A stretch of DNA of 64,000 nucleotides from Carcharhinus amblyrhynchos (GCA_965287045.1 OZ336880.1:40796001-40860000); one strand, 5' to 3'. Shown: positions 12,039 through 24,225, counted from the stretch's first letter. The notes: generated by a model not told the origin, from the letters alone. Numbers and translations are program-made.

Positions 12039-12329
12039 ATTGAAGTTGGCAAAAAGGCTGAAGCTGTGGCTAAAGTGTTGGCTGCTGTGGATCAAGCACG
12101 TACTAGACATCCTTTGTATGCTGAAGGAGTGCACACAGAAGAGACATCAATGGAGTATGAATATGCACAGCGTGGTGTATGTCAAAGTGCCACTGAGTTT
12201 TCTGCTGAAAAACGAAAAGCCCCTGCTGAACAACAAGTTGTCACCACAACTGTCAGAAAAGGGACAGTTATTGTGCCAACTGAAACACAAATTTCCTATG
12301 GCGAGCAAGCTGAAAAACACATTTCACAG
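12039..12329 (+). CDS. ttn: Titin exon equivalent to human exon 14, Z-repeat 7 plus following sequence
   Basis: IEVGKKAEAVAKVLAAVDQARTR...HISQ; phase 0-0. Confidence 0.9.
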
Positions 12330-12485
12330 GTTAGACATCATTTAACTCGTAAAACAATGAGCTAACATTAACAAAGATTCTGTTATTCATGATAACTGTG
12401 AAGAACATCATACCAGATTTAAAAAAAATTTTATTGGTACATTCTGAATTGAACATGATAATAAAGATTTTGTTGGTTGCTATAG

Positions 12486-12596
12486 ATTGAAAGAGCATCA
12501 GAATCCGCAGTACATCTGGACCACAAACTTGCCAGTACAATTCCTCACTTCACTGTTTCAAAAATCACTGTAGCCAAACCAGAACCGACCCAAGAG
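12486..12596 (+). CDS. ttn: Titin exon 15 equivalent (Zq region)
   Basis: ...STIPHFTVSKITVAKPEPTQE; GAG|GTAAGG donor. Confidence 0.88.
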
Positions 12597-14887
12597 GTAA
12601 GGGTGAAAATTCTATGTGGCAGGCAAATATAACATTTATAACATTAACCTTAAATAGACAGGACTATAAAATGAGGTACTTGATCATAAAAGAAAACGAT
12701 ACCTATAGAAATTAGGAAAGTAAAATCCATGTACTTTGTTTAACAAGACCGTTAGCAATTTTAGGGAAATACTTTTGTAATTCCCAACATGTAAACAAGG
12801 TCTGTGGATGTACCATGCAAGCAAATAAGACAAATGTATAAGTAAATACGAATACCTTCTAATGGAATAAGTCATGAGGATATTGATATTGGTAATGATT
12901 GACACCAGGGCTAAACACACTGAAGTGGAAATTCCATTAGATCCAATTTCAGGCCTGAAATGAACGCCCCCAACTAGGAGGTCCCAGTTTAGACTTTAGA
13001 AATTAGTAGTGCTATTTCAGTGAATTGTTAGATCTTAGCATGCTTCTACAGATAGCTTACCCTATTTCAAAAAAGAATAGTTAGTTTTGGCAGGGGGGAG
13101 GGAGGGTGGCTGGGAAAGAGGGGTTAGAATGACAGTAGAAGATTACTTACACTGTGGAGTCAGAAGGGTACTCCTGCGTCTCCTCGCTCAACAGGAACTC
13201 AGTTTATACTTTACATTTTATTTGAAAATAATTTTTTTGTTGGCGACCAGAACCCAGTGTGGTGCTGGCTTAGCTCCAGCTTCACATAATTTCCATGACG
13301 GGCCTAAAACAGATGTTTGACTCCTCATTTAAATGTTTAAGGGACCTAATTATTGTCTTAGGTATCATCCTAATGATTAAGACCCAACCCAATATTATGG
13401 CATACATCTTTCAGGCATATCTTGGGTGCTGGATTTCTTCCTTGAAATTAGCCCTTTTGCTTGTTTTCAGCTCTAATGTTTACCCCACTGCTCTTACAGC
13501 ACATGTCATGGTAAAACATACAAACAAAGCATAAATAGTGGATATTGCTATCATTTATATTATGGAAAACATTTTTATACTCAAGTCATTTGAAATATTA
13601 TAGAAATCAGATACATATGCTGTAATTAACGAGGAAGCATGCAGAGCCTAACTTAACTGAGATGGCAGATATCATATCTCAAGGTACTTTTGACATGTAT
13701 TAAGCAACTTGCATTTGTGATTCCTATTACTTTGCCATACAGTATAATCATTTTTTTAAGTTTATGAATGATTTAAAAAGCTTTTTCTATAAATGGCCCA
13801 GAATTTGCTTGGAAAGTAATGGCAATTTTAATATGCTTGCAGTTATTGGTGTAATCTATTATTTATGGTGCAGAAGAGATAGCAAGTTGTGAATCACTAC
13901 AAATTGTTGAACAATTTGCACTGCTCAACCAATAACCTTGTGAAAATGGGATCTACCCCATGAGCCTCCCCGTGAGTTTCAGGAAAGTGCTGCATTTGCA
14001 CCATCAAACGAATTAATTTCACTGCAGGAAGTTAGGGCTGACACAGAATGATGTAAGAACCCTTTTCATTTCAATGTTTAATTTCCTGCAATGCCACTCA
14101 ACCATTCCAGGCCAGAAAAGTAACAATTGAGACAGATTATAAATTGCTCCTGAAGGTTTTTAAAACTTTTAAGTGTTACATTTTAAAAATTATTCTTGTT
14201 TTCCCTTTCCATTCCTTTCAGTCTCTGTCAATCTAATTTTTATCTCCATTTTGTATTTAATTTGGTGTAATTCACACCATTTCTTTTTCCACCATGAGCT
14301 CTGTTTCCTTCTGCCCTTGATTAAGGAAATAGAGTGTTGGTCCTAATGTCCAGTAAGCTCTCAGATACCTGTCAATTTGGTGTCTCAACATTATCAATTT
14401 GCATTTCCAGCACTTTGTAAGGCAAAATACTTTTGGGCTGAAGGATTGGAAAAAATATACAATAATGGGCACACCATGAGATATTATGCACCAGCAAATT
14501 CTGGGCCAAATTGCAATTTAGTTTTATTTGTTTGTCATTCATTTTACATTCTCACAAGTACAGCTTTTTATCTTCATCATTTATACTAATAGCTTAATTT
14601 TTTAACAGTTGTAGCGAATTAACTGAAGACCTTGGAACCTAACCCTTCATGTTGTAGGAGGCTGTTTGGTCGCACCTTTCACCTTACCTCAATGTTTTCT
14701 AAACCATGAGTTCCTTTCTTCCTATTGACCATTTTGTTTTCATTCTCATACAACATTTTCCAAAAAAAAATCCATCTAATTTAGCTAACCTAATAATCAA
14801 TCCATCCCTGCCTGTCATGTGACCAATCATTAAAACAATCAAAGTAATTTGTAAAAAATGTAACTTTATTCTTCTTGGCCTGGTTAG

Positions 14888-15172
14888 GTTTCTATAGCAG
14901 GAACTGCCATTGTTACTCTGGAAAAAGAGTTGTCTGCGTCTTCTGCTGTGAAGGTTACCAAGCCAGTGAAACCTCCCGTGTTAAAAGAGGCCAGAATTGT
15001 GACAGAGGAGAGTGTCTCTCCCCAGCCTCGTTTTAGAGAAAGAACAGATGTGTATGAAACACGGTTTGATACTGAGGTGCACAGGCATCTAGGTTTAAGT
15101 GTTTCAGGCTCACTTGAAGCTGATTTTGATGTTGAACACGAGGAAGATCAATATGAAGCAGAAGATGAGCAG
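14888..15172 (+). CDS. ttn: Titin exon 16 equivalent
   Basis: VSIAGTAIVTLEKELSASSAVKVTKPVKPP...; phase 0-0. Confidence 0.88.
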
Positions 15173-15449
15173 GTTTGTTAATTACCCAGTAGTGTGCCCT
15201 AAATACGCTAACTTTGTGTGTTCCCTACAAATTAACAGCAGTAAATAGTGCAAAACATTTTGTTCCTGATCAAAAGCACAGCTAACATTTTTACCTTGCC
15301 CCTCTCTCATCTGAAACTGCTCAGTTCAGCGTAACACCTTAACTCCTTTTGTTGTGAGAATGAGAACTCAATGGTGTGACAGCTTGACAGTCTTCTGCAG
15401 GAAGCTTGTTCCCACGTTTTTGTTTGATGTGTGACACTCCCCAAAACTT

Positions 15450-15592
15450 AATACAAAAGCATAATACTGTGGTTGCTGGAAATCTAAAATAAAAACAGAA
15501 ACTGCTGGAAATCAGGTCGGGCAACAGTCAGAGGGAGAGAACAGAATTAATGTTTCAGGATGATGGCTTTTAGTCAGAACCAGGAAAGTTAG
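15450..15592 (-). mobile_element. Penelope-like family B fragment
   Basis: Similar to 7347-7508; degenerate CTGACTA...GAAA on the minus strand. Confidence 0.45.
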
Positions 15593-15769
15593 CGATGTAA
15601 CAGATGAAGAGGTAAGGAAAAGGGGTGAATGGAAAACAAAGTGGGAGAACATAATCATGTAGATGGCATGCAGATTAAATGCCAAAAGCAAAAATGAATT
15701 CCTGTAAATTTGTTTGACTAGTTGTTAAATATGGTGTCATTGGTTGCTCACTATACTTTGTTTTTTCAG

Positions 15770-15832
15770 ATCACAGAACCTGTTGCTCCAATTCCAACAA
15801 TAGTTCCACTTACTGCACCAAGTTTTGTGTCA
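15770..15832 (+). CDS. ttn: Titin exon 17 equivalent
   Basis: ITEPVAPIPTIVPLTAPSFVS; 63 nt; CA|GTAAGT donor. Confidence 0.85.
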
Positions 15833-15940
15833 GTAAGTAATTAATTCACATGAAACCACATTTTAATGGACCATTTGTACATTGTAGTCTTTACATTTGC
15901 TTCATTTCCAGCAATTTAATTTTACTGTAATTTTTTGTAG

Positions 15941-16199
15941 GGCTTGAAAAATGTCACTGTAATAGAAGGCGAATCTGTAACCCTGTCATGTGAAATCGCA
16001 GGACATCCAACTCCAACCGTGATGTGGTTTAGAGAAGATTATCACATTGAAAGTTCCATTGATTTCCATATAACCTTTGAAAAAGGCATTGCTAGTATAA
16101 CAATTAGGGAAGCTTTTGCAGAGGATAGCGGTCGCTTTACATGTACTGCCACCAATGATGCTGGTACTGCTAGTAGTTCATGTTATCTTCTTGTTCAAG
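15941..16199 (+). CDS. ttn: Titin exon 18, Ig Z3
   Basis: GLKNVTVIEGESVTLSCEIAGHPTP...SCYLLVQ. Confidence 0.95.
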
Positions 16200-16295
16200 G
16201 TGTGTATTTTAGCAGAATTAACAAAGGTGATTAAAATTTGAGAAACAATTATTGTAAGGCACCATTAAAATAATTTATTATTTGTACTTCTTTAG

Positions 16296-16365
16296 TGTCA
16301 GAAGAGATTGAGAGCAGAGAAGAAGCCATTGCAGTATCAGAGCCAGCTGTCATTGAAAAGAAACG
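16296..16365 (+). CDS. ttn: Titin exon 19 equivalent
   Basis: VSEEIESREEAIAVSEPAVIEKKR; phase 1-2 links the neighbouring exons. Confidence 0.85.
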
Positions 16366-16600
16366 GTATTTAAAGTCTTTAGATATTCCTGTTAAAAACA
16401 ATTAATCAAACTTATTGATTTTTTATTTCTGATGTTTTGCTTTTTTTATTCCGGATTAGGATATTCTTTGACCTTTGCTCTGTGTATTATATGGGGAGTA
16501 GCATAAATAATATAAGGATATATGACAACACATGTTAAAGCGAAGTCATCCATGATGATCTGTCAAATCAAAACCAGTCTCATTATTTGTTTCTTACTAG

Positions 16601-16813
16601 AGTTGAAATGAAAGTTGAAACTTTATCAGGAGCAAGTACTACCCCTGAGTCAGTGGAAGATGGCGCAGGAGTTGCTCCTTTCTTCATTAGGAAGCCAGTT
16701 GTACAGAAACTAATTGAAGGTGGAAGTGTCGTTTTTGATTGTCAGATTGGAGGCACGCCTAAACCTCATGTTTACTGGAAAAAAGCTGGAATTCCATTAA
16801 CAACTGGATACAG
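16601..16813 (+). CDS. ttn: Titin exon 20, Ig Z4 N-terminal half
   Basis: APFFIRKPVVQKLIEGGSVVFDCQIGGTPKPHVYWKKAGIPLTTGYR. Confidence 0.95.
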
Positions 16814-17313
16814 GTATAATATTCTATTAAAAGACACTTGAATCCTCATGTTAAGGCAATTAAGACAGCCAACTAAAATCACTTTCCATTGTTTTATTGA
16901 AATATTGACTGAACTTAAAATAACACAGTGGCTTAACAAAAAGCTATTGCATTTAATAATTTAAAAAATGATTCTGTGTTTGGGAAAGTGTAACTTAGAG
17001 TTAGGGTTAGAATAGTGTCACCTCTGAACTGTGCTCACTTTGAGTATGAATTTGAAAATTTAGTGTTTATGCAGCCCTGTACATGTTCCTTAGGAACCAG
17101 ACACAATTAATGAATGAATGGCATGTTGGTGTCAAGCTATTTATGTACTGGGATAGGTTTTAGAAAGCCAACAGGTTATTCTAACATAAAGGTACAAATG
17201 CACTGTCCTACTGCACTGGTCGATCAGCATGGCGAGCCAGGAAGAGGCCAAAAAGCCGAACACTATCTTCCCGGCCCTGTTTTGCCAGCGGGATTGGCTT
17301 TGCGTCCAGAAAA

Positions 17314-17552
17314 GGTGGCATAGTGGCAGAGTGGTTAGCACTGTTATCTCACAGCGCCAGGGATCCGGGTTCAATTTTGGCTCTGGGTGAATGTCTACGT
17401 GGAGTTTGCAAATTCTCCCCATGTCTGTGTGACTTTCCTCCAGGTGCTCCGGTTTCCTCCCATAGTCCCAAGGTGTACAGGTTAGGTGGATTGGCCATGG
17501 TGAATGTATGGGGTTACAGTGGTAGGGTAAGTAAGATATTCTGTCAGAGAGT
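17314..17552 (+). mobile_element. HE1/V-SINE-like element
   Basis: A/B boxes (GTGGCAGAGTGG, GGTTCAATT) and central domain. Confidence 0.8.
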
Positions 17553-17616
17553 ACTGCAGGGGATCAGGCAAGCCAGCCAAAAGTCCATTGATTTTTGATG
17601 GGACCAAAGATCCCAG

Positions 17617-17851
17617 TAAAAAGTCTGACAACACCAGGTTTTAGTCCAACCTATTTATTTGATAATATACTCACAAGCTTTCGAGGGGACTGCCTCTTCG
17701 TCAGGTGAGAACTCTCCATTCACCTGACGAAGAGGCAGTCCCCTCAAAAGCTTGTGAGTATATTATCAAATAAATAGGTTGGACTAAAACCTGGTGTTGT
17801 CAGACTTTTTACTGTGTTTACGCCAGTCCAACGCCGGCATACCCACATCAT
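17617..17851. mobile_element. Young Penelope-like palindromic element (family A) with 15-bp target-site duplication
   Basis: 95-bp inverted arms 17614-17708 and 17720-17814 with one mismatch; GACCAAAGATCCCAG at 17602-17616 and 17852-17866. Confidence 0.8.
17671..17708 (-). ncRNA. Minimal hammerhead ribozyme motif (antisense to ttn)
   Basis: Minus strand reads UCAC-CUGACGA-A-GAGG(CAGUCC)CCUC-GAAA-GC-UU-GUGA. Confidence 0.65.
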
Positions 17852-17979
17852 GACCAAAGATCCCAGCAGTGGACAGGGCTGGAAAACCCCTTTAAAAAAC
17901 ATAGCTTTTATATGGGCAATGGAAATAATGTCTTGATGTGTTTATGTTGTTCAAGTATAGTTAATGCTGCACCCAGAAA

Positions 17980-18243
17980 GGTGGCATGGTGGCGTAGTGA
18001 TTAGCACTGCTGCCTCACTGCACCAATGACCAGGGTTCAATTCCAGCCTTGGGCGGCTTTTGCTCTTTATCCCCGTGTCTGCGGGGGGTTTCCTTCCACA
18101 TTACAAAGATGTGCGGGTTAGGTAGAGTGGCCATGATAAATTGTCCCTTACCGTCAGGGTTACAGGAATAGGGATTGGGTGGGATTGTTGTCAGCACAGG
18201 CTTCATCCACTGAATGATCCCCTTCTGCACTGCAATGATTCTA
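17980..18243 (+). mobile_element. HE1/V-SINE-like element, diverged with internal deletions
   Basis: tRNA-like head and GATTCTA tail. Confidence 0.75.
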
Positions 18244-18467
18244 ATCACATGTTCGATTGTAAGTTAAATGTTGCATGGGACATGATGCTTCCTGCTAACT
18301 TCCAGCATTTACAGTTTTGTGCTTCATTCTCACTTGGGTTCCTGCATTCATGGGATCAGTGAAGGTCAGGTCAAGAGGGCAAAGTTAGATGCAGTACTTT
18401 GGAAAGTAAAATTAATCTTCTGGGATTTCACCAGATTTACCTTTAAAGGCAGGGGGTCCTTTTGTAG

Positions 18468-18600
18468 AATACAAAAACAGAATACTGCAGATGCTGGAAA
18501 TGTGGAATAAGAACAGAAAATGTTGGAAATATTCAGCGTATCTGTCAGCATCTGTAGACAGAGTTATAAAATGTTGCGAGTCACTGAATATTCCTCACAG
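18468..18600 (-). mobile_element. Penelope-like family B fragment
   Basis: AATACTGCAGATGCTGGAAAT...AGAAAATGTTGGAAATATTCAGC matches family B. Confidence 0.5.
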
Positions 18601-18750
18601 GAGCAGGTGATTGACTGGGCTGGGTACAGTCTTTGGAAGGAATGAGTGTAACAGTCTTTTCTTGTTTCACGTTTCTTTCATGTTCATCAAGATTTTTCTT
18701 CCTTCTAATTTTTTGAGGTTTTGTGCTTTATGTATTTCTTTCCTCTCTAG

Positions 18751-18893
18751 GTACAAGGTGAGCTATGACAAGGAAATGGGAGAATGCAAACTGGTGATTT
18801 CCATGACTTTTGCAGATGATGCAGGTGAATACTCCATTGTTGTTCGGAACCAACATGGAGAAATTTCTGCATCAACTCAACTGCTGGAGGAAG
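18751..18893 (+). CDS. ttn: Titin exon 21, Ig Z4 C-terminal half
   Basis: YKVSYDKEMGECKLVISMTFADDAGEY...LLEE. Confidence 0.95.
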
Positions 18894-19429
18894 GTATGGA
18901 GCCTTTAAAATAACAGTTAGAATGACTTAATTTTCTGCAACAATTAAATCTGCCTTATTGAGGTACTGTGATAAAATTATTTTTGAAATTAAAACCTCTT
19001 TGTTTAGGTAATGATTAAATAATTTGCTTTCGTTGAATTAGCTTTCAAATTTTGGTTACTGTCTGCGGTTATAATTGTAATATGTACATAGGATAATATT
19101 TTACAGCATAGAAAGAGAGTGTTTAGCCGATCACATTATCTGCAATATCTATCTAATTTCTATGCCCTTACTCACTATTTTCATTTTTGGATGTTTATCC
19201 CTTATCATTTCAAAAGTCCATTATCCGTTCTGCTCCTATCACTATTTCTGCTTGAAACTTCCATAGGCTAACAACCCTCTGTCAAAAAAAAATTCTAATC
19301 TCTCGTTACATGTTTTGTTCTTTCAAAGAGCTAGCACAGGAGTGAAGGGGCAAATGGCTTCTTTCTGTGCACCATGATTCTGTCGCCATAAAAATTGGAC
19401 CAGTAGTGCCCTGTGTTTTGGTGCTATGG

Positions 19430-20040
19430 GTACTCTTTGCGGTACAAAATAGCACTTGTGGCACAACTGCCTGGTTTTAGGGTGAGTCACACCAAGTACC
19501 ATAGCAGAGATTCGGTGAATAGTTTCTGGAAGTAAGCCAGCAGTGCCTTTTTGGAGCTCAACACTCCAGCTAACGCACGCACATTGCTTTGTATGTGCCA
19601 CATGCCAACTTTGCCCTGCACCACAACTGAAAAGGATTCCATTTTGTCAGTGTCCAGCTGGTGTAAGAGCAGAGGCAGAGAATCACGCAAGTCGATGTCT
19701 ATGTTGTGGCAGCAGTTATCATGCCTTCATTCTGCATAGCTCACTGTGCCAGCTACATTTGGGTCAACACAATAAATCAAAAGGTGGCATCTAGATAACA
19801 AGGGTTATCTGCTGACCACATGGCTGATGTCACTGGTGCACAACCCACATGTGCAGTGTACATACAATGAAAGCCATGCTGCAACACTAAACGTGACATA
19901 GCAAATGATTGGTGTGCAGGAACAATACTTCTGCTGCCTCAACCACAGTAGAGGAACCGGCAGTAATAGACAGAGCTTTGTCATGATCTGTTGCTTGCTG
20001 CACAATAACAAAATCAAGAGGATACAGTCCTTGCCATCGA
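19430..20040 (+). pseudogene. PIF/Harbinger DDE transposase relic
   Basis: Disrupted peptides KGFHFVSVQLV, GSSYHAFIL, DNKGYLLTTWLMSLVHNP and YNESHAAT..QMIG..FCCL match HARBI1-type motifs in order. Confidence 0.7.
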
Positions 20041-20763
20041 CTATATAACAAACAGATCAGGCACAGGAAGAGCAGAAACAGAGGAGGAAACACAGATAGC
20101 CTTTTTCCTGCTGGGCATCTTTGTGCAATATCAGTACACAACCCCAACTATCTGTTTGACCTAAAAGAACCCCACCCCAATTATCTGTTCATCAACAATC
20201 CCACAATTTCCCTTCTCTCTGTCACTGACTATCACAGCATCCACTTAGCTGCAATGTAAAAATGAAAGCCCACAGAAAATAAACACTCCGAGCTGAATGT
20301 ACAAATCACATTACTTCATGTAACGTACAGAGGTCAGCTAATCATTCTTGGTCATTCTCTTGGAGCCTGTTTCAAGTGTGCCTTTGCCCCTGTGAGTGTT
20401 CCCGTGCAGTGTTATCCCAGTGACTGCTGAATGTTGTTGGAGAAGATTGCAGGCGGCTTCAAGCAGCTTTTAGCCTGGAAGGCCCAGACGCGGATAGCAC
20501 AATCTCAGCATGGGTGGCAGCAGTCTTGGCTGGTTTCCTGTAGGAAGTAGTTTGGCTACTGGGTTAGGTGTGAGAATCAGTGCTGACCTCTTGAGCGAGG
20601 ACAGCAGTTTTGGATTTTGTGGAGCATTTCAACTTCTTTCAGCATTTTATCTTATTTAGTGTAGTATTTCATCCTCTCAATTATCTCACATTAAATGTCA
20701 TTCAGTAACTATTTGCTCAAATTGCAATCTGAAATTGCTAAGTGTCCTTTTTCATAGTTAAGC

Positions 20764-20943
20764 ATAGTAAGAAGTCTCATACCAGCAGATTAAAATCCAA
20801 TAGATTAATTTGGAATCACTCACTTATGAGGGAGCAGCTCTCCAAAAACTCATGATTCCAAATAAACCTGTTGGACTTTAACATGGTGTTGTGAGACTTC
20901 TTACTGTGCTCACCCCAGTCCAATGCCAGCATCTCCACATCAT
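20764..20943. mobile_element. Older Penelope-like family A copy with degenerate hammerhead
   Basis: GTAAGAAGTCTCA.../...TGAGACTTCTTAC arms; core decayed to TTATGAG...AAAA. Confidence 0.7.
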
Positions 20944-21165
20944 TGCTGAGCATGGTTCCGACTTTGCTGTTGTTTGCAAATTTTCATGTGCCTCTTTCAT
21001 GCAAGTCTGTCTGCTTGAGATGAGAGCAATGATCTTAATACTGATCGCTCCAGTCTGAGTAGAAGATAACTTAAGTGCCATATTTGTTTAACTTTTTGAA
21101 TTGATTTGCCATTTTAATAACTCAAAAGAGTTTGTTGTTCTAATTCTGGTGCAATTTCTTCTTAG

Positions 21166-21362
21166 CTGATTATGAGCTTTACATGAAGGAACACCAAGTG
21201 GTGACAGAGCGAACAGAATTAATAACAGAATATGTCCAAGAACCCAAAGCTGCAGATGTAGCACCAATGTTTTTAATGACTGAGTATGAAAAAGAACAAG
21301 CACTAATCAGGAAGAAAATGGGTAAAAGCGAAGCCATGATGAAAACTATGACAGAAGAACAT
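21166..21362 (+). CDS. ttn: Titin exon 22 equivalent
   Basis: DYELYMKEHQ...EYEKEQALIRKKM; phase 1-0. Confidence 0.9.
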
Positions 21363-21964
21363 GTAAGATTCCTCTTAAAATTCGTTAACGTTTCTTGAGA
21401 AATATCAGAAATGCATTGTGAAATTATAACATTTGTTTTAGAATGTGCAGAGGTAATGTATGTTATAAGTGTTGTGGCTTAATTAAGCAGTTTTGCAATT
21501 ACAGTAGAACATAATTTGCATGATTATTGTTCACCTTTGGATAAAATCATCTTGGCAGCCAATATTCTATCCATGCAGAGATTTGCTAAAGTGCAAAAGA
21601 AATGGATGGACGAATAGAACAATAACTCATATTTACATATCATCTTTAGTATGGCTCCTTCACAGGAGCATTATAAACAAAATATAAGATAAAAAAAGAT
21701 ATTTGGTCAAAAAACAAAAGCATGGTCAAAGAGAAGCATCTTCAACGTGCCATTTGGCACTGAATAGTATTGAACAGAGAATGGGATAGTCAGTATCATA
21801 ATATTCTCATTTTTCCACATGAAATAAGTTTGATCATAAATGCAAAATTTTCATACATACTAATGCACATTATTCATTTTTGAATGTTAATTGTGTGAGG
21901 AAAGGGGTATGCGCAAGGCTGAAGGTTTACGAAGGGCACGTAATATCCATACCAGCTCTGAAAA

Positions 21965-22790
21965 TGATAGGGGGTGATCTTACTGGCTTGTCCCACCAGT
22001 TGACCAAGCCGGTAAGATCAGGCAAAATGCAAAAGTTGTGTCCACACCCAGTTTCTTGCCTCTTGCAATGTTACTGGCATTGAATTGCTGATGAAATCAG
22101 CTTCGCACCCTCATTGTACCCATCAATGGGGACCTGATGTGATAGTCTTGCTGGTGGGACTGAAGCTCCAGGATGGTTGAGGCAGGGCCAAACTGTACCC
22201 TTTGGGCAGTGCCAGCCTGGTGCCTTGGCACTGTCAGCATTTAGGCAATGCCAAAGGACTGGATCTGCAGGAGGGTGGGCAAGGCCTGAAGGGGGCAGGT
22301 CCATGTGGGGGGGAGGCAAGATGGGGTCAGTTCCATAGGGGTGGAGGGAAGGGTGGGGATTGGCATCAACTGGATTGGAATCTGCTAGGGCAACGGTCAG
22401 GGAGGGGGTGGGTTGGGGGTTGGGGTGGGGATCGACATTACCCAGGGTGGTGATAGGTGAGAAGGTGGTGTCTGGATTGATTGTGTGGCGATTGGGCGGG
22501 GATTGGCATTAGCAAGAGTGGCAGTTGCGGGATATATTGAGTCGGCATTGGCTGGGGCGGTGCTCGGCAGGGGGAGGGGTGGTGCACTAGGAGTGCACTG
22601 GGAGATCAGGGTGTCTGCGTAATGGTGCCCCTAGAGCTCATCAGCCAAGTTCCTGGTGAAAATAGGCCCTGCTCCCTTCCCATGTGGCGTGAATCACATC
22701 TGGGCTTTTTTTTTCCTTACTGCCATACAATTGCATCTGGGAACTCCCCACAAAAATTGTCATGATTTTCTCTCAATGTCCTGTTAAAGA
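21965..22790. mobile_element. G-rich non-autonomous repeat of unknown family
   Basis: Sharp GC/G-run island containing GGCAGTGCCAG...TGGCACTG; not classified. Confidence 0.4.
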
Positions 22791-22939
22791 ATGCTGCAAA
22801 TATTGTGCTGTATTCCATTAGTAAATGGAATTCCCCATTAACTACATTTCTGATTAACTGGCATTACCCTGCATGTAAAGATTTTGCTGTATTTTGATCT
22901 ATCGCTCATTGCCATATAACATCTGTTTGCTTTCTTTAG

Positions 22940-23170
22940 GAATACCATATTTCTTCATTTGAAGAAAGACTTATCAAAGAAATTGAATTGCGAATCATCA
23001 GAATCACTTTGGAAGAGCTTCTTGAAGAGGATGGTGAAGAAATGGTGTTGGATATTCCTGAAGATGAATCTATTGCACCAGGATTTGATTCGACACTGAA
23101 AAGCTTTAGAGTCCTTGATGGAATGGGCGTTACTTTCCATTGTAAAGTAGCTGGTTATCCATTACCCAAG
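22940..23170 (+). CDS. ttn: Titin exon 23, start of Ig Z5
   Basis: EYHISSFEERLIKEIELRIIRITLEELLEEDGEE...GYPLPK. Confidence 0.95.
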
Positions 23171-23371
23171 GTAACCTATTTTTTGCATTGGGAACCACAT
23201 TTGCCATGAAGAATGTTTTGAGATGAAATTTTTTCTAGTTAGATATAATAGTTAATGTGAACAGCTGCAAGTATGTATCGTACAATCTAAAATGCTTTTG
23301 TAAACTTCTCTTTTGGGAGATTTTTAAATGACCTAATGCGTCTTCGTAATATATGTTTCATATTTTCATAG

Positions 23372-23616
23372 GTTGTATGGTTCAAAGACGGTAAGCGTCT
23401 GAAACATAACGATCACTACCAGATGGATATTTCTCAGGATGGTAGAGCTAATCTGCGTATTCCAAAAGTTTTACCAGAAGATGAGGGCATCTACACAGTG
23501 TTTGCCAGCAATGTCAAGGGAAATGCTATTTGCTCTGGAAAGCTGTTTATTGAACCCATTGGTGCTCCAGCAAGCCATACTTATTTACAAACAACAGAAA
23601 TAATGAGGAGAATGCG
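23372..23616 (+). CDS. ttn: Titin exon 24, end of Ig Z5
   Basis: VVWFKDGKRL...GNAICSGKLFIEP; phase 0-2. Confidence 0.95.
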
Positions 23617-23770
23617 GTACTGTTTATTAGACACTATTATTTCGTTCTAATTTTATGTTATGCTTCACATTCAGAAGCATTCAGAAAATTTAAAAATTAA
23701 TCAGCTAATGATTTCAAAATAGAAATTATAACATTAATGATAATGTTAAATCCATTTTCCCTTTCTTCAG

Positions 23771-23967
23771 TTCTGTGTCTCCTCGATCTCCAAGTCGTTC
23801 ACCTGCTCGTAGATTGGAAGATACTGATGAGACTCAACTAGAGAGACTGTACAAACCAGTTTTTGTTCTGAAACCTACATCATTTAAGTGTTCTGAGGGA
23901 CAGACAGCTAGATTTGACCTAAAGGTTGTTGGTAGACCCATGCCTGAGACATTATGGTTCCACAATG
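23771..23967 (+). CDS. ttn: Titin exon 25 (SP-rich insert plus start of Ig Z6)
   Basis: SVSPRSPSRSPARRLEDTDETQLERLYKPVFVLKP...WFHN. Confidence 0.95.
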
Positions 23968-24060
23968 GTAAGAATTATATTTTGTCACATCGCGTATTCA
24001 AGTGTGTACAAATAATACGGGAAAATGAGATATCTGATTTAATATCCGCTTATGTTACAG

Positions 24061-24225
24061 GTCGTCAAATTGTGAATGATTACACTCACAAAATTGTCGT
24101 AAAGGAAGACGGGATTCAATCCCTGATCATTGTTCCTGCTCTGCCAAATGATTCTGGTGAATGGACTGTTGTGGCACAAAACAGAGCTGGCAAAAGCTCT
24201 GTTTCCATGACACTCTCTGTCGAAG
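24061..24225 (+). CDS. ttn: Titin exon 26, end of Ig Z6
   Basis: RQIVNDYTHKIVVKEDG...LSVE. Confidence 0.95.

Noticed and set aside
20815-20856. Active hammerhead in the older family A copy
   Set aside because: Both core boxes are mutated (TTATGAG and AAAA).
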